Positions 1 to 14,450 of a DNA stretch of 64,000 bases are shown piece after piece. The position numbers were made by a program, and so were the translations under genes. The first letter of the stretch is position 1; each line of letters starts with the position of its first letter. This DNA is from Mobula hypostoma (Eukaryota): NCBI RefSeq assembly GCF_963921235.1, contig NC_086108.1, positions 54,190,001-54,254,000 of the forward strand, written 5' to 3'. The notes beneath the pieces are model-generated. The model made no database searches. It was given only the letters and a program-made list of their open reading frames with translations, and was not told the origin of the DNA.

Positions 1-700
1 AAATGGTTGAGGCATGTACAATAGCATCATTTAAGAAGCACTTGGAAGGTGGACTTATAGAGAATGGGCTGAACGCAGGGAATTTGGGCTAGCTGGGTGG
101 TCAGCATGAGCTTGAAGGACCTGTATCTGTGCTGTTTTCTTCTATAACTGGGTCTGTTTTAATTAGAAGATCTTCAGCATTTCAGTCAGTCAGATTACCA
201 CCAGCTTCTCAGTTGTGGTTATGGATGAGTAATTGGTCTTCGTGGAGCCAAAGTTACGATAAATAATTAAAGACATCATTGTCTTCTTCCTCATTAATTG
301 AATTCAATTTTAGCGATGATGTTTGTGGTCGGAGTTTGTGGGCTGTTACTATGGGTTCAGGACCCTTGTGTTGGAGAGAAACGAAGGTCAGGTGGAGTTT
401 TGCTCCTGACGACCCTTAATGTCCGTTTATGCGTTAAGGACAAGATTCGATTCATTTCTTCTGTTCTCTTTGCATAGGCTTGTCAAAACATATTGCATAG
501 GCTTAATCATGAAGAAGGAAGTGTTGTCAGTGTATTGTACTGCTGATAAACCTAGAACAAAACGCTGACAAGAAATCCACACCACTAGCACAGATAGGGA
601 GCGATAAGTGGGGGTGAGGGTGAGAGTGGATAATACTTCAGATAGTGTGACAACAAATGCTTGCATTGTGTATAATTGATTTTGTATTTTAATATAACAG

Positions 701-817
701 GAATCCAAGTTGTGAAGTCCACCAGGAGCCACTGACTCTTGCTGCCTTTGATCCCAGTCTACAAGAAACCCTCCCACAGTGCATCAACACCAGATGCAGC
801 CAAAGGACGTTGAGCGG
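701..817 (+). CDS. CACHD1: CACHD1 internal coding exon (NPSCEVHQEPLTLAAFDPSLQETLPQCINTRCSQRTLSG)
   Basis: AG acceptor at 699-700, GT donor at 818. The translation matches the recalled vertebrate CACHD1 sequence, and the phase is consistent with the next exon. Confidence 0.93.
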
Positions 818-1354
818 GTAATGCCAGCTTACAGCACATAAATCTGCAGCCTGGAAGTGTGCCAGGCAGTCTTTTTCTCCCTGTTTGAAATAGGTGTCAC
901 AAGCATAGATTTATTCTTTTACTAAGGCTAATAGACAAGAATAGATTAATCTTGATTTCGTACAACTCTATTCTTTATCTTGCTTCATTAATTTCTGACT
1001 TAGTCATTTGCATATTTCTTATTCTGGTAATATACAAACCAATTCCTTAATGTAAGTGACTGGCTTTTGATATAAGGACAACCACTGGTGGAATAGAAAC
1101 ATTACTAAAGCTTTGTGCTCGCGTATTCAGCTTTAACTGTTCTTAGGCAGGAGAGTAGATGAGGTAAACCTCTGCCCCATTTTATTAAAGATGAAAGCAG
1201 CAAAATCAGGTTGCTAACCTGTCAACTTTCCTTGAAAGTGGATAAAGATCAGGATTCCCACTACCAACCAGGGTAGAAATGAAGTTCACATAAGATTACC
1301 AGTTGTCGAAGAGTATCGAGGGAATTGGTGCCTTCAAAGCTATCATCCACCAAA

Positions 1355-1955
1355 GAGTTCAAGGTTCAAAAGTTCGAAGTATGTCACCATATACAACCCT
1401 GAGGTTCATTTTCTTGTGGGCATATTTATAAATGTACAGAATAATAACTATAGCAAAATACATGTAAAACCACCCAACTAGGGCATTCGACCAGAGTGCT
1501 GAAGACAACAAACTATGCAAATACAAAATAAGAAATAATAATAAATAAATAAGCAATAAATATTAGGAACATGAGATGAAGAGTTCTTGAAAGTGAGTCC
1601 CTTGGTTGGGTGAACATTTCAAGTGGGCAAGATGAAGTTACCCCCTTTGGCTCAAGAGCCTCATAGTAACTGTTCCTGAATTGGGTGATGCGAGTCCTGA
1701 GGCTCTTGTACCATCTTCCAGATGGTAGCAGTGAGAAGAGAACATCTCCTGAGTGGTGAGGGTTAATGAATGTAGATGCTGCTTTCCTGCGACAAAGTTT
1801 TGTGCAGATGTGCTCAATGGTTGGGATGGCTTTAACCGTGATGGACTGGGCTGTATCCACTACTTTTGTAGGGTTTTCCATTTGAGGACATTAGTGCTTC
1901 CATACCAGGTTGTGATGCAGCCAGTCAGTATACTCTCTACTACACCTCTGTAGAA
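1355..1955 (-). mobile_element. Degraded Rex1/Babar-type LINE 3' fragment
   Basis: Minus-strand translation KVVDTAQSIT...CRRKAASTFINPHHSG..LFSLLPSGR..YKSLRTR resembles the Rex1 ORF C-terminus; TTGAAC-like tail. Confidence 0.7.
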
Positions 1956-2028
1956 GAATAAAAGAAGAATGGTAATGACTATGTATGGCTGCCAGTGGCA
2001 ATTGACTGGCTCTTTCTTTCTATTTCAG

Positions 2029-2180
2029 AGATTGTTTTGGCGTTTTAGACTGTGAATGGTGTGTGGTGGATAGTGATGGAAAAACACATCTGGATGAGCC
2101 ATACTGCACATCCCAGAAAGAATGCTTTGGAGGAATTGTTGGAGCTAAGAGTCCCTATATCGATGACATGCCTGCCTTGG
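2029..2180 (+). CDS. CACHD1: CACHD1 coding exon (DCFGVLDCEWCVVDSDGKTHLDEPYCTSQKECFGGIVGAKSPYIDDMPAL)
   Basis: Polypyrimidine tract with tttcag acceptor, gtaagg donor. Encodes the Cys-rich juxtamembrane region of CACHD1; splice phases are consistent. Confidence 0.95.
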
Positions 2181-3494
2181 GTAAGGATGATACAGTGAAC
2201 GGAAGCGTAGTGGTAGGCTCTGTTATATAGTACATCCTTTACTAATCTTGAAATGCTGAATGCCAATTTATAAAATGATTACTAATAAAGTACTAATAAC
2301 AAATATCAAGCCATTCTTGTGGAGATTTGTTAGGTGATAAATTGGCAGCTAAAACAATGTCATATTTTATTTGCAGGCATTGCCATTTTCTAAGAATAAG
2401 ACGTTCCCCAATTCTCATTCCATATTATTATAAATTTGCCTGTAATACTTGATTTTCACGTCAAGTTCGATTATGTGCACCACGAACAGCCAAGGTGACC
2501 AGAAGCTCCTTTTGAGTTGTGACATATATAAATTTTTTAAAACTATCTGGTCTGCGCTCTTGTTTCCGAGAATGTAAATAAGTGAAATACTTACTACTTA
2601 AAAGTTTCTAGATGTGAATTTAATTCACTCTAATACCTTTTTCTTATGTCAACAAATTAAAATGACTGCCATCTTCTTTCCTGTTCCCTTAACAGAGATG
2701 GTTTAACATTATTTTCTATTTATTTCATTCTCTCATTTGTTGTCTAATCTGTAGGTGGCCCACACAGGCTGCTTGATTCTGAGATGCATCCTCAATTAAA
2801 CATTACTGTTCCAGTATTTTCAGTATATGATTCTTTGCCTAAGGCCTTGTTGTGCTTACTCGTTAACCTTGCTCAGTGCAAACGCTATTCTGCTATTCTC
2901 AGGATTCAAAATCATCTTCTGTTGCCCTGAAAGCAAATCATTGAAGCTCAATTTTTCCTTTTAAGGCTCTTCGTTTTCCTCACGTCACAAGTATGGGCAT
3001 TTGGAGCCATGTCTTTGAGTGCACTACCAAGTGGAAGTTTGAGGTCTATGCTTGTGAAAGGTGTTTAAAGACTATTGAGTGTAGAGATATTAGATTATGA
3101 GGACACTCAGTCATTTATTGTCATTTAGAAATGCATGCATGCATCAAGAAATGATACAATATTCAATCCATAATCTATTTTCTGTTCAACAGCTGCTGCA
3201 CTGATTCAGCGAGCTGACTGACTGAGGCACCTGTCGTTAAAAACTTTACTGCTCAAATTAGTTCCTCTTTAGCATATTTTCATAGTTACGGAAACATGAA
3301 ATTCTCATTTTTGATGAGAGGTTTCATTAAAGTCTTTAGCAGTTCCCCTCCACAGAGTAGTGCACATTGTTTCAATCTGCAAGCCCGCTGCACATTATAC
3401 TGGCCTCCATCTACTTGAATCCAACATTAGTGAGTTATTTTTTTAACTCTTACCAGTACATTTAAATCAGTTGACCTGTCAGAGAAAAGCTGTA

Positions 3495-3811
3495 AAGTAA
3501 AGGCATCCATTAGTCTTGTGAGACCATGGATCTGCGCCTGGAAAGTCTTCACTCCCCAGGGCGCAGGCCTGGGCAAGGTTGTATGGAAGACCAGCAGTTG
3601 CCCATGCTGCAAGTCTCCCCTCTCCACGACACCAATGTTGTCCAAGGGAAGGGCATTAGGACCCATACAGTTTGGCACCAGTGTCGTCGCAGAGCAATGT
3701 GTAATTAAGTGCCTTGCTCAAGGACATAACACGTTCCCTCGGCTGGGGCTCGAACTCACGACCTTCAGGTCGCTAGTCCAATGCCTTAACCACTTGGCCA
3801 CGTGACCATAA
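3495..3811 (-). mobile_element. tRNA-derived SINE, full length, 14-bp TSD
   Basis: Minus-strand A box TGGCCAAGTGG and B box GAGTTCGAGCC; CORE-like GTCCTTGAGCAAGGCACTTAA. TSD AGAGAAAAGCTGTA at 3481-3494 and 3812-3825. Confidence 0.85.
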
Positions 3812-4698
3812 AGAGAAAAGCTGTATAACTTCAAAATAAGAAGCCCAGCATGTCATTTATCATGTCCCAGAACTTGTGATTGGTGTGCATCAAAATGAGC
3901 TACTCTTGGACCATGCTCATTTGTAATTTCTATTTGTTAGTGACAAGGAAACTTTGTCAAACGTTCACTGTTAATATTACAACATGGAGCTCAGTCCAAG
4001 ATGATCAGATACGTGTTCTGAGTATAACTGGGTGGGGGGAGGCGCGGAAGAATTCTGATACCAATTTGTTGGCAGTATATTGATTACATTATAGTTCATC
4101 TAGAATTCATTAAATATTGCTTTGCCAACAGCTCCAGCGATAAACTATTACTATTACGGTCCCTTCCCAGGATTAACCTGTAGGGCATTCTGGAATGTGT
4201 TTTATATTGCTCCCGTGCAATCTTGCTGTGCTCTGTGCTGGTTTACCAAGTGCATGGGGACCACATCAACTTGAACAAATGATGGATCTTTACATTTTAC
4301 CTCTCATTTTTACACGATCCTAAAAAGTTAACGTCAAGCAAATTCCCATTAAGCCACACCTGGTCTTTAGCTATTTTCAAAGGGTGTGCTGTCAACATTG
4401 TTCCACAGCTCCATTTAGAGTCCACACTTAGAGTCTGTGTTCTCTTCAGTCTGTGGACCACCAAATCCTTCACTGACTGCTTTTCCTCTAATCTTCTGGA
4501 GGGCTTGCTTCTCCTTACCTACCATCAGTGATAAAAGGTAATGTCTGTTGTCCTAAAGTTCCTTTACTAGGACATAATGGCTATCTGTAGTTTGTGCTTC
4601 AGTTCCATCTAGTTGTTTAGTTGTATATTGGAACCATAGGACGGGCAATGAACCAGGTAGCCTTCGGGTAATTTTCTTTTTTTTTTGCCAAATTACAG

Positions 4699-4860
4699 GC
4701 GATGAGGTTGTAGCGTTGAACATGATCAAAAGTGCCCCAGTTGGCCCCGTGGCTGGTGGGATCATGGGGTGCATCATGGTTCTTGTTCTGGCAGTGTACG
4801 CTTACCGACACCAGATCCACAGGAGAAGTCACCAGCATATGTCTCCGCTTGCAGCACAAG
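4699..4860 (+). CDS. CACHD1: CACHD1 transmembrane-encoding exon (DEVVALNMIKSAPVGPVAGGIMGCIMVLVLAVYAYRHQIHRRSHQHMSPLAAQ)
   Basis: ttacag acceptor, gtgaga donor. Hydrophobic TM segment nearly identical to recalled CACHD1. Confidence 0.96.
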
Positions 4861-6087
4861 GTGAGAACTTAGCCTTCCCTGGTTCGCTGTCCGGGAAATT
4901 TATGGTTTGACATGTGTAACTGGGGATATATGAAATTGATGTAGAAGGGAGGGGAAGGATTACTTGTTAGACAAGGAGGACAATGTTCCATTCACCATAC
5001 TTGATACCTTCTAGAATTCAGATTTAGATTTATTTATCACATGTACACTAAAACATAATTTGAAAAGCATAGTTTGCGTAACAAAAACCAACACACCCAA
5101 GGATGTACTGGGTCATCCCGCAAGTGTTACCACACGTTCCATCACCAACATAACGTGGCCACGGTGCTAGGCAGAACTGCACAGAACATAACCATCATCT
5201 AAACAACGACTGCAAAACAAATCCCTTTCCTCTCGCCTACTCACCCTCCAACTGCTGAACAGGCCTCTAGCCTCCAAGCTACACCCATTGGGCTTCAAAT
5301 TCTGGACTTCCGATCAACTTTTAGGCTTCAGTCGACCCCTGCATTAGTCAATCCAGATTTGAACTCCAAATCACTGGCCCTCATGCCTCCCAGGACCCAC
5401 CAGCCCGGGACTTTCTAACATCTATGAATGTCCTTCCTCTCATGTCCATATCTCTGGCCTTGAGTGTGAAGTGGAGGCCGAGTCTGTGGTTGTCGTTTGT
5501 CACTTGTCCGAGTTGCAGCTTTTGAATGCGGACCTCTGGCCTGAACTCTAAATCCCCCAGATCACTGTCCCTAAACCCTAATGTGATCTCCAACTCCAGT
5601 CTCTATCCCCAAAACTATCTCCTTGAGCTTAAAAATCAACTGAGTCTGGGCTACGATGTCACCGGAGACTGCAACTTGGCACCATCTTGACCAGAAGTTG
5701 CCCTTTATTTGTTCCCCTGTGGTTAAAGCACTACTTGGTAAACTTTTCTCAGTCATGAAGATTAGAGGACTCCAATTTGAAGTTTATTTCCAAAGTGTTG
5801 CCAGTTTCTTCATAGTTCTAAGTGCAACATTAAAATTTCCTGATTGTTGTAGCAATATGACTGCTTCATTATAAATTCTTCTATTTTGTTTCTATTTTAT
5901 TTTTATGCCTTAAACTTCCTTTGATTTGATGCTGCTTCCAGAGTTGAATTAATGTTGTGAAGATACTTTTCCCTCCCACATTAAAGAATAAAAATGATAT
6001 AACCTGATGGGAAAAAAAATATATATACATAAGCTTCTTTAAACAAAAGGTTGCATCTAAAACTTCTTTTTGTATATATGCGAACAG

Positions 6088-6165
6088 AGATGTCTGTCCG
6101 AATGTCCAACCTAGAAAATGACCGCGACGAGAGGGATGAAGACAGTCATGAGGACAGAGGAATCA
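6088..6165 (+). CDS. CACHD1: CACHD1 coding exon (EMSVRMSNLENDRDERDEDSHEDRGI)
   Basis: aacag acceptor, gtaagt donor. 78 nt, phase 1-1. Confidence 0.95.
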
Positions 6166-8386
6166 GTAAGTACTACCTACAGTGAAGATAAAAAGAAAGA
6201 TATTTGTGAAGTGAATTGCTCCAGTCACATTGTGATTCTAAATTTAACATCTTGGAAGGTCATGGGGTAAAGCTTACTTTTAGCAACTGTTGTTCTGAGA
6301 ATGAACAGAAGATGAGAAAATGCTGCCCGGTGACTCTGACAACTACACTGCTCCATGTGATGTTGAATGACCTAAATCAGGAAGCTTGAGGTGCCCTTCC
6401 TGATCAGTGTAGTTTCGCCTGAGATGGTAAGAGGGGCCTTGTCCCTGGCAAAGAATGAGGAAGTAAATCAGCTGGCATCTCACTCTTGTTAATCTTGAAG
6501 TTCGTATATATTGGAGTTAGGTATGGACAGAATAGGTTTTTCATGATGCAATGGTTCAAGTAGAGGCACAGTAACTATGCAAGGTTCAGAACGTCAACAG
6601 ATGTTCATGTGTGAGTTTTTTCACGAGTTAGTAGAGAGGAAAACTTGAAAGATCCTTAACAATCATGGCATAACCGTACAGCAGGAAAACAGGCTTTCCT
6701 TTCCCTTCTTAAACAGTAGGAAGTGTATTTGCTATCTTCCAATTTCAGGAATTGTAGCAGAGGACATCTCCATAAGCCTTAAACATAAGATTCTCCAACT
6801 CATCAACCACCTTGATTTTTCATCTCATATAACGTATTGAAGAAAGATACAGAAGATTTTTAACCGATATTTCTTTTGTCTCTACCTGAAACAGATTTGA
6901 ATTTAGTTTTCTTCATCTCTTTTACAAGCAATTTTTAACATTTTTATCCCCCTTTGTCAACTTCCTGTTCAAACTTGACTGATTTTTAAAAACCCTTTCA
7001 CACATCAGCATTATAAATTATTTAGTTTAATAATTTCCATAACTGCTCTGGCTCTCCGTGGTGGTACTACTTCCCCGTGAAGGGTTCATCCCACATGGAA
7101 ATGTATGTTCACAGAGAATAACAAATACTTTTTTAAAAGTGTTTGCCACAGTTTTATCAAAAGTGCTATCTTCAAATTTAATCTCTCATCACTTCAGCTA
7201 ACATTGGCTTGTTTCTTTGACCTTGTAAAATCTAATACCCAAGTTTCATTGCCAAACTCACCTTGAATTTTTGCAATACCATTTCTAAGTTGAGCTGGTC
7301 CCTATTTAGATTATTGACAGAACCTTACAACATAATTTGACAAGACTTAACATTAAGAATTTCAATTTCTGATCATAATGCTTGCCTGAGAATTTGAATA
7401 CGTACTCAATTGTGAGCTGCTGCTTACAGGAGGGAAGAGGGTAACTGTTGTTTTGATCATGTATTATGCCACAGTAACTTTTGTTTTGGGGTCTTGCAAT
7501 CATAGTTTAAACTTTTGAAATGTGAACTTTGTTACAGCAACCAAGGGCTGTTTGGTAATAGTTACATTATGTTACATTTGGGACAATTTTTCTATTTCTT
7601 CCAACTCAAATATGTTTCTGGATTTCTGCCTTCTGAAGTTTGTTTAGAAACAAGTATTGTATTCTAATAATTGCAGTTACACTTGTGTGTTTAAGGTAAT
7701 GATGATACTTGCATTCTATTCTAAGTGGAATATATTCTTAAATAAATGATAGAAAACAAATAACTTTGGTCTTCTAACATGTATGGTATTATCTGCTGGT
7801 ATGATGCCCTCTTTTTTGATTAGCATGAAAAACGATCTGAAGTTGTGTCAAAGTGCATTATGAAGTAATTGTATCTATGAGGAAAACAAAATGTAAAACA
7901 AAAGCAAGGAGAGAGATGGCAAATGGTAAAATGGTGTGAGTTTTTAAAAGCGTTCAAAGTAGCTAAGTTTAAAAATGAAAGTTCAGAATGAATGTGCTAT
8001 GTTGTTTCCACTCCCTCTTATCATAATCATAGTTGTGGGTTTTTCTTAACCTCAGTTCCTGAGAGACCTTAAGTTTCCTCCCACTCTGCACTGGGCTTGG
8101 GGGTGGTGAGTGTTGACTAGGTCTGGGACTGTACGTGGGAAGAGAACTAAGAATCTCTTTTACCTCTGGATTTGTACTTGATGGGTGAGCTGGTAGTGGA
8201 ATACCAGTACAAGTACCTGCTCAGTTCATTAATTGCTCTTTTTTCCCCCTACCTCCTCTGCTTCATATTCCCTTGCCCTTCCCCCACCTCAGGCACTGCA
8301 TGAACTTGAAATTTTAAATTCACTATTACTTAGAGATGTACATTTAGAAATGTTGATTACTGAATCTTAATTGTTCTTTTGAATAG

Positions 8387-8488
8387 TCAGTAACACAAGA
8401 TTTATTGCGGCTGTAATTGAAAGACACGCACACAGTCCAGAACGCAGACGACGATACTGGGGAAGATCAGGAACAGAAAGTGATCACG
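8387..8488 (+). CDS. CACHD1: CACHD1 coding exon (ISNTRFIAAVIERHAHSPERRRRYWGRSGTESDH)
   Basis: aatag acceptor, gtaagt donor. 102 nt, phase 1-1. Confidence 0.95.
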
Positions 8489-8659
8489 GTAAGTTCAATG
8501 GTCTTGCACATCACTCAATGGAGAAAGAAAGTACCATTTAACTCTGAATAATATGTAACATTTCAGAAACTAGAAAGTGATTTCATTTCTGTCTAAAAGA
8601 AACTGGTCCTATCTGTGTGGGCTGTAATTGATGTGGAACTTCAGTCAAAACTAGAAATG

Positions 8660-9000
8660 AATTACTGAATTGAATTAACTTTATTTCATACATCCTTCAC
8701 ATACATGAGGAGTAAAAACCTTTACATCACTGTCTAACTGTACAATGTGAAATCATAGTAATTTATAATAAATAGAACAGTCAATGTAATATAGAGTACA
8801 CTCAAATCTGCGTGAGTTCATCAGTCTGATGGCCTGGTGGAAGAAATTGTCCCAGAGCCTGTTGGACCTGATTTCCCAGATGGTAGCAGCTGGAATAGAT
8901 TGTGGTTGGGGTGACTCGGGTCCCCAATGATTCTACGGGCCCCTTTTACACACCTGTCCTTGTAAATGTCCTGAATCATGGGAAGTTCGCAACTACAGGT
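8660..9000 (-). mobile_element. Rex1/Babar-type LINE 3' fragment
   Basis: Shares the 3' motif (gttcatcagtctgatggcctggtggaagaa..gtcc..gagcctgttgg, ccagatggtagcag) with other Rex1 remnants in the window. Confidence 0.55.
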
Positions 9001-10230
9001 TATCTTTTAATAGGTGAAAGAATCCCCAGAAAAATTCTTGGGAGATAAACAACGCTTGAACTGCTGGTCATTATTTTAACACCTCAACATTTTAGTGTAA
9101 TATTTCCAAAAATATTCTGTGTGTCTTTTGTTTGTATAATATTGAATCACTGTCCAGAGCACCCTTGAATTGGTTCTATTCTAGCAATGTGAGTTTGACA
9201 GTGTTTAGTTTTCTTAAGCTAGGTTTCTGAGTACGTAAGAAACCTGTACTCAAAATGAACAAATACTTCAAGATGTAGCTTGAGTTGGAAGAAAATATAA
9301 ACTTTATAATTATTGTATTGGTGTATGTGGTAAGTGCATTATTTTAGCATTGTTTAAACGAGGATGTTGCAATGATTTTAATGAATTGGAACCTCTGTTA
9401 CCTTGCTGCTATTTTAACCTTTAATTATAAATCTTCATCCTCAGTGTACTTTATTTTCCTGCTAACTGTATAAAATATGCAGATGCATTACCAAGCTATC
9501 ACTGGATTTGAATGAATGGGGTTCTATGTGGATTTAGCGGTACAACTGATCTGACAGAATTGCTCAGCTGAAAACTAGTGTCTATGTCAAACAGACAAAT
9601 CTATGACGTAATAAAACATTTGAAATGCTTCCACATGTTTTCACAGCTGGTGTTTGGGATGTATCCACCCAGTTATTTTGCAATTCATGCAACTTTAAAA
9701 TATATTACGTTCATTTATATGGAGAATTAGAATTCTTGTTGTCTCAGTCACCATCTTGAAAATGGAAAATTAAATTTATTGAAGGAGTGGAGAGAACAGA
9801 TTCAGTCCAAATAGAACCTGTTCTACCTAGAGTACTATCACTAAAATGTTAAATTTGATGCCTTGAGGGTATGGTTTACCAAAGATCTTAAGGTGGAAGT
9901 GAATTGATACATATTCAACATGGAGAGTGAATGTCGTGACCAACGTAGTCTTTAGCTGCATAGGTTCCCTGCTCTATATTTACTTATTTTTTTTACAGTG
10001 GTCTGCAGTTAATATTAGGTTTCCTGCTGATGATTAATGGTCAAAATGTCTGAGGTGTTTATAGTATGGGCAATTCACAAGCCAAACATGTAACTGTTTC
10101 TTTCAAACCACTGATAATCATTTTCAGTTTTATAAATAATAAAGCTAGGAGATAATTGAAAATTTTGCATTGTAGTTTCTGAAAACGATGTATTTAGAAA
10201 TTAATTTTGTGAACTTGCAATCATCTGCAG

Positions 10231-10472
10231 GTTACAGTACGATGAGTCCCCAGGAGGACAGTGAAAACCCACCATGCAATAATGATCCATTATCTGCTGG
10301 AGTGGATGTTGGCAATCATGAGGAAGATTTAGAGTTGGACACGCCACCTCAGACTGCTGCTTTGTTAAGTCACAAATTCCACCATTATCGCCTTCACCAC
10401 CATCCTTCCCTCCATCACAGCCATCATCTACAGGCAGCAGTTACCGTGCACACTGTGGATGCAGAATGCTGA
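10231..10472 (+). CDS. CACHD1: CACHD1 terminal coding exon (GYSTMSPQEDSENPPC...HHSHHLQAAVTVHTVDAEC*)
   Basis: ctgcag acceptor at 10225-10230. His-rich C-terminus ending TVDAEC-stop, as in CACHD1. Confidence 0.96.
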
Positions 10473-12100
10473 ACCCTGTGTCCTCCCCATTCAGTGGAAG
10501 CTACTATCAAAAGGAATTGCAACAACTTGTGTTTTAATCATCAGTCTTTGAGTCAAATGGGGAAAACTCTTGGATTTTTAAGGGGCCCTGACAACCATCA
10601 AAACAACTCACTTGGGAATTTAAAGTGTTAACAATACATCACAGATTTTTTTTAAATAAAGGATTATTTTTCTACTATTTATTGAACCTTTTAACAGAAG
10701 TGGACCATGGGAAGCAGTTTCTTTAAAATAAACTAATTATTCTCTTCCTGACGATGGATGGCATCATGGATTAAGAACGAACAAAGTTACATTGATAATG
10801 ACTAAGAATTAATTATATCTGAGTCAAAAGTTTGTCAACACTTTGTGTTTAGTTTGTGTCAATTGCATGAGCTCCACAAACCTCTTCAGAATAGTGTTAC
10901 TATTAACTTTTTGTTGCGAGCTACAGTCTCAGCCAACGTCTTGAGGATCACTCAAGAATACAGCAAGAGTTGATGAAATGCAGTTGTGCAAATTGGATTA
11001 TCCCATATAGGGAGCACCTAATTTTGATCATGCTACTCAGTAAGCTAATCGGAGGTCAGGTACTTAAAACCACAGGAAATAAAGTAACTCATTTGGCTCA
11101 GTGTTTCTATTATAGCAAGCAGCTTTCACTTGTTATAAAATCTGGAATATTCCTGCCTCTTAATAAAGTTCGAAAATCACCTTTTGTTGTAGCAAAGTTA
11201 TAGGAATTCTCAGCATGATTTACAGTCTACATTTAGGCAGGCTGTGTATGGTGTACTAATGGTACCAGGGCTCACAGGTAAGGACAAAGTCTTAGCTCAA
11301 ATGGCCATCTGGCAATTTTATGAGCACTACTATAAGGCAGGCAGTAATTATTATATCATTCTTATTGCTGCTGTCTTAAAGTGGCAGTGTTATGAGACCA
11401 GTCTGGAGTGAGATTTTATATTGGAATGTTAGTGTTAAATACTTGTGGTGCAGTGGAAATTTTTGAAATATCAGAGTTTTCAATTAACTTCACTGCTCTG
11501 AGCTAAAGTTAGGTGTTAAATAGCATAACCTGAAGAGCAACTGATGCTGCAAAGTCTTTTTTTTAATAACTATGTCCTCTGTAGATTAATCTCTAGTGAT
11601 CGTTGCTCTTTCAGTCAGTTATGATCCTACATGTAATATTTTTTAAATCCTCTGAAATTGCTGCTGATAATTACATGAAGTTTAGGGGAGGGGAGAATAC
11701 TAGTAAATACATGATTCATGTACAGTTCATATGCTCTCCAGTCAGTTCTCCCGAAGAAAATGGTTTAATGAAATTGTAAAGTTGTTTTTTTATTTTTATG
11801 GTTACAGTTGATTAAAATTTTAATTATTTGTATTCCTATGTTTTTAAACTGTAAAGTCTTTTTATTAAACAAAATCTTAAAATAGATTTTACGTGTGAAG
11901 GATATATAATTGTAAAATTAAAGGAGTGTAACTTCAAAGAGGTATTTTGCATGTTTTTGTTTATAAGGCTGTGTTACACTATGAAGTGAACCGCATGTGA
12001 AAAAGTTGTAAAATGAAACTAATTTCTGTAGGAAAAGCTTTTCCAAATATTTTTCACCAAAACAGTCATCACTCAGTGCACATACAAACATTAAAATATG
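10473..12100 (+). other. CACHD1: Probable CACHD1 3' UTR (3' end uncertain)
   Basis: AT-rich stretch with no recognisable repeats after the stop codon. Several AATAAA/ATTAAA candidates (e.g. ~11162, 11811, 11864); the true cleavage site cannot be determined. Confidence 0.5.
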
Positions 12101-13259
12101 ACTGCAAGTTTTTACTCGACAATCATTTTATTACAAAGAGAGACTGCAACCTAATCAGGCCAGTTCCCTTTTGTTTCCCTTCCTAAGAAAACACTCTTCA
12201 GTGTAAGAATGTGACTCCATTGTGAGTAAGAGACAGGTACTTTGTCGAGTGAAAATCATATTGATGACACTTTATTGTTTTCTCTTTTGTTGTCCAGAGA
12301 AGCAGAACAAGAACAAGCTCTTCTACCACAAGTCTACCTTCCCACATTACATATCTCAAAGTATCTATAAGGATGTGGTCTTAAATATCCTAAATCTGTG
12401 GCATCACAGTTCTGTGGGACAGAGAATTTCAAAAATTCACTACTCTTGAATGTAAGAATTCCTTCTCATCACTGTCCTAAATGCATAATCTATTTGAAGA
12501 ACGTGATTCTGAAGTTCTAGCCATCTTAGACATTGGAAACATATTTTCACTTTCATTTTCAGTCACTTAAGAATGATATATTTTAATAAAATCACTCAAT
12601 ATTATAGAGTATAAGGGAAATCTACAAAATTTCTGGATAGATTAATCTTCCCGGCCCAATGAATTGAACGAAGATTATTTTCAAACAAAAAGGATACCCT
12701 CCTGTGTATAACACCTTAATGCATAATATTTCTGGACTTAAAGTGGCACAGTTGAAGTAAGGGTACACATTCCCTTAATGCCTCATTATTTTCTTACTAA
12801 TTCCCCTCTCTCCTAGCCCTATCCTAAAGCATAGATGTCACATAACCATGGAACTGTTATCACTTCTCAAAGCTGCTACAATACCTTGGGTTGCTAAAAC
12901 AATGGACTTAAACCCTGCATTGGCATTAAAAGCTTTCATGCAGGATTATATACCCATATCTACATATATCACAGCTGTGTACAAGAAGTTCTTATCTCTA
13001 CTGTCTTTCAATGGTGGCTATCCCAAATTAAGACAATAATGATTGTATTGCTGCATGATTAAACTGTAAATTTATTTGTTATTAAATGATTGAATATATT
13101 TCAGGCAAAAGAAAACTCTTGCACTCATTACATTGCATTCTATGTTCCGTAGTTTTGCTCACTCATTTTCTCTGCCTACGATTCTTTGTGACTTGTTGGT
13201 CCCCTCCATGCAACCTTGTAGTGGCAAACCTTTAATTGGGAACCACAAAAATTGGCATC

Positions 13260-14450
13260 TCTCAACTATCAGTCCTTCACGAACAGAGGAGAAACAGTGG
13301 ATGTTGTTTGCTGGCATCTTCGAAAGGCCTTCGATAAGATGCCGCACATGAGGCTGTTAAACAAGCTAAGAACCCATGGTATTACAGGAAACATACTAGT
13401 AAATCAGCAGAAGGCAAAAAGATTGGGGGGGAGGGGGTTGGAAAGGGGGCTATTCTCACTGACTGCCAGTGACTAGTGGTGTTCCACAGGGTTGGTGGTG
13501 GGTATGCTACTTTTCATGTTTGATGTTATGGATGACAGAATTGATGGCTTTGTGGATGATACAAAGGTAGCTGGAGGGGAGGTACTACTGAGGATGCAGG
13601 AAGTCAGCAGAAGGACTTGGACAGATCAGGAGAATGGGCAATGAAGTGGCAGATGGAATACAGCACAGGGAAGTATGCACTCTTGTCGGGGGAATAAAGG
13701 TGAGAAGCAAATTCAGAAATCAGAGGTGCAAAGAGACTTTGATCCTTGTACAGAATTCCCTGAAGGTTAATTTGCAGGTTGAGTTGGTAGTAAGAAAGTA
13801 CAAATGCAGTATAAGCATTAATTTCCAGAGAATTGGAATATAAAAGCAAGGATGTAATAATGAGACCTCAAAAGGCATTGATCAAATTGTATTTGGAGTA
13901 TTGTGAGCAATTTTGGGCCCCATATCTAAAAAAAGGATGTGCTGGCATTGGGAAAGATCCAGAAGAGGCTTAAAGAATGATCTCAAGAATGAAAAGATTA
14001 ATATATGAAGAACATTTGATGGTTCTGGGCCTGTACTCACTGGAGTTTAGAAGACTTGGGGGGGGTGGTGAGGGGAATCTCATTGAAACCTATTGAATGT
14101 TGAAAGTGAGAGAGTAGGTGTGGAGAGAATATTTCCAATAGTGGGAGAGTTTAGGACCACAGTGTATACCCTCAGAATAGAAGGACATCCTTTTGGAATA
14201 GAGGTGAGGAATTCTTTTAGCTAGATGATCATGTGTCCGTGGAATTCATTGCTATAGATGGCTATGGAGGCCAAGTCATTAAGGAAATTTAAAGCAGAGG
14301 TTGATAGGTTCTTGATTAGTGAGGGTGTCAAAGATTATGGGGAAAAGGCAGGAGAATGGGGTTGAGAGGGGAAAAAATATCAGCCATGATCGAATGGTGG
14401 AGAAGACCCAATGGGTAAGAAATTGCCTAATTTGTTTCTGTGTCTTGTGG
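13260..14450 (+). mobile_element. Degraded CR1 LINE 3' portion
   Basis: KAFDKMPHMRLLNKLRTHGI motif, SGVPQG-like and DDTK remnants, [10 protein letters not shown], and a CR1-type 3' end. Confidence 0.85.

Noticed and set aside
3735..3807. tRNA-like sequence with A and B boxes on the minus strand
   Set aside because: It is the head of a TSD-flanked SINE and has no proper acceptor stem, so it is not a tRNA gene.
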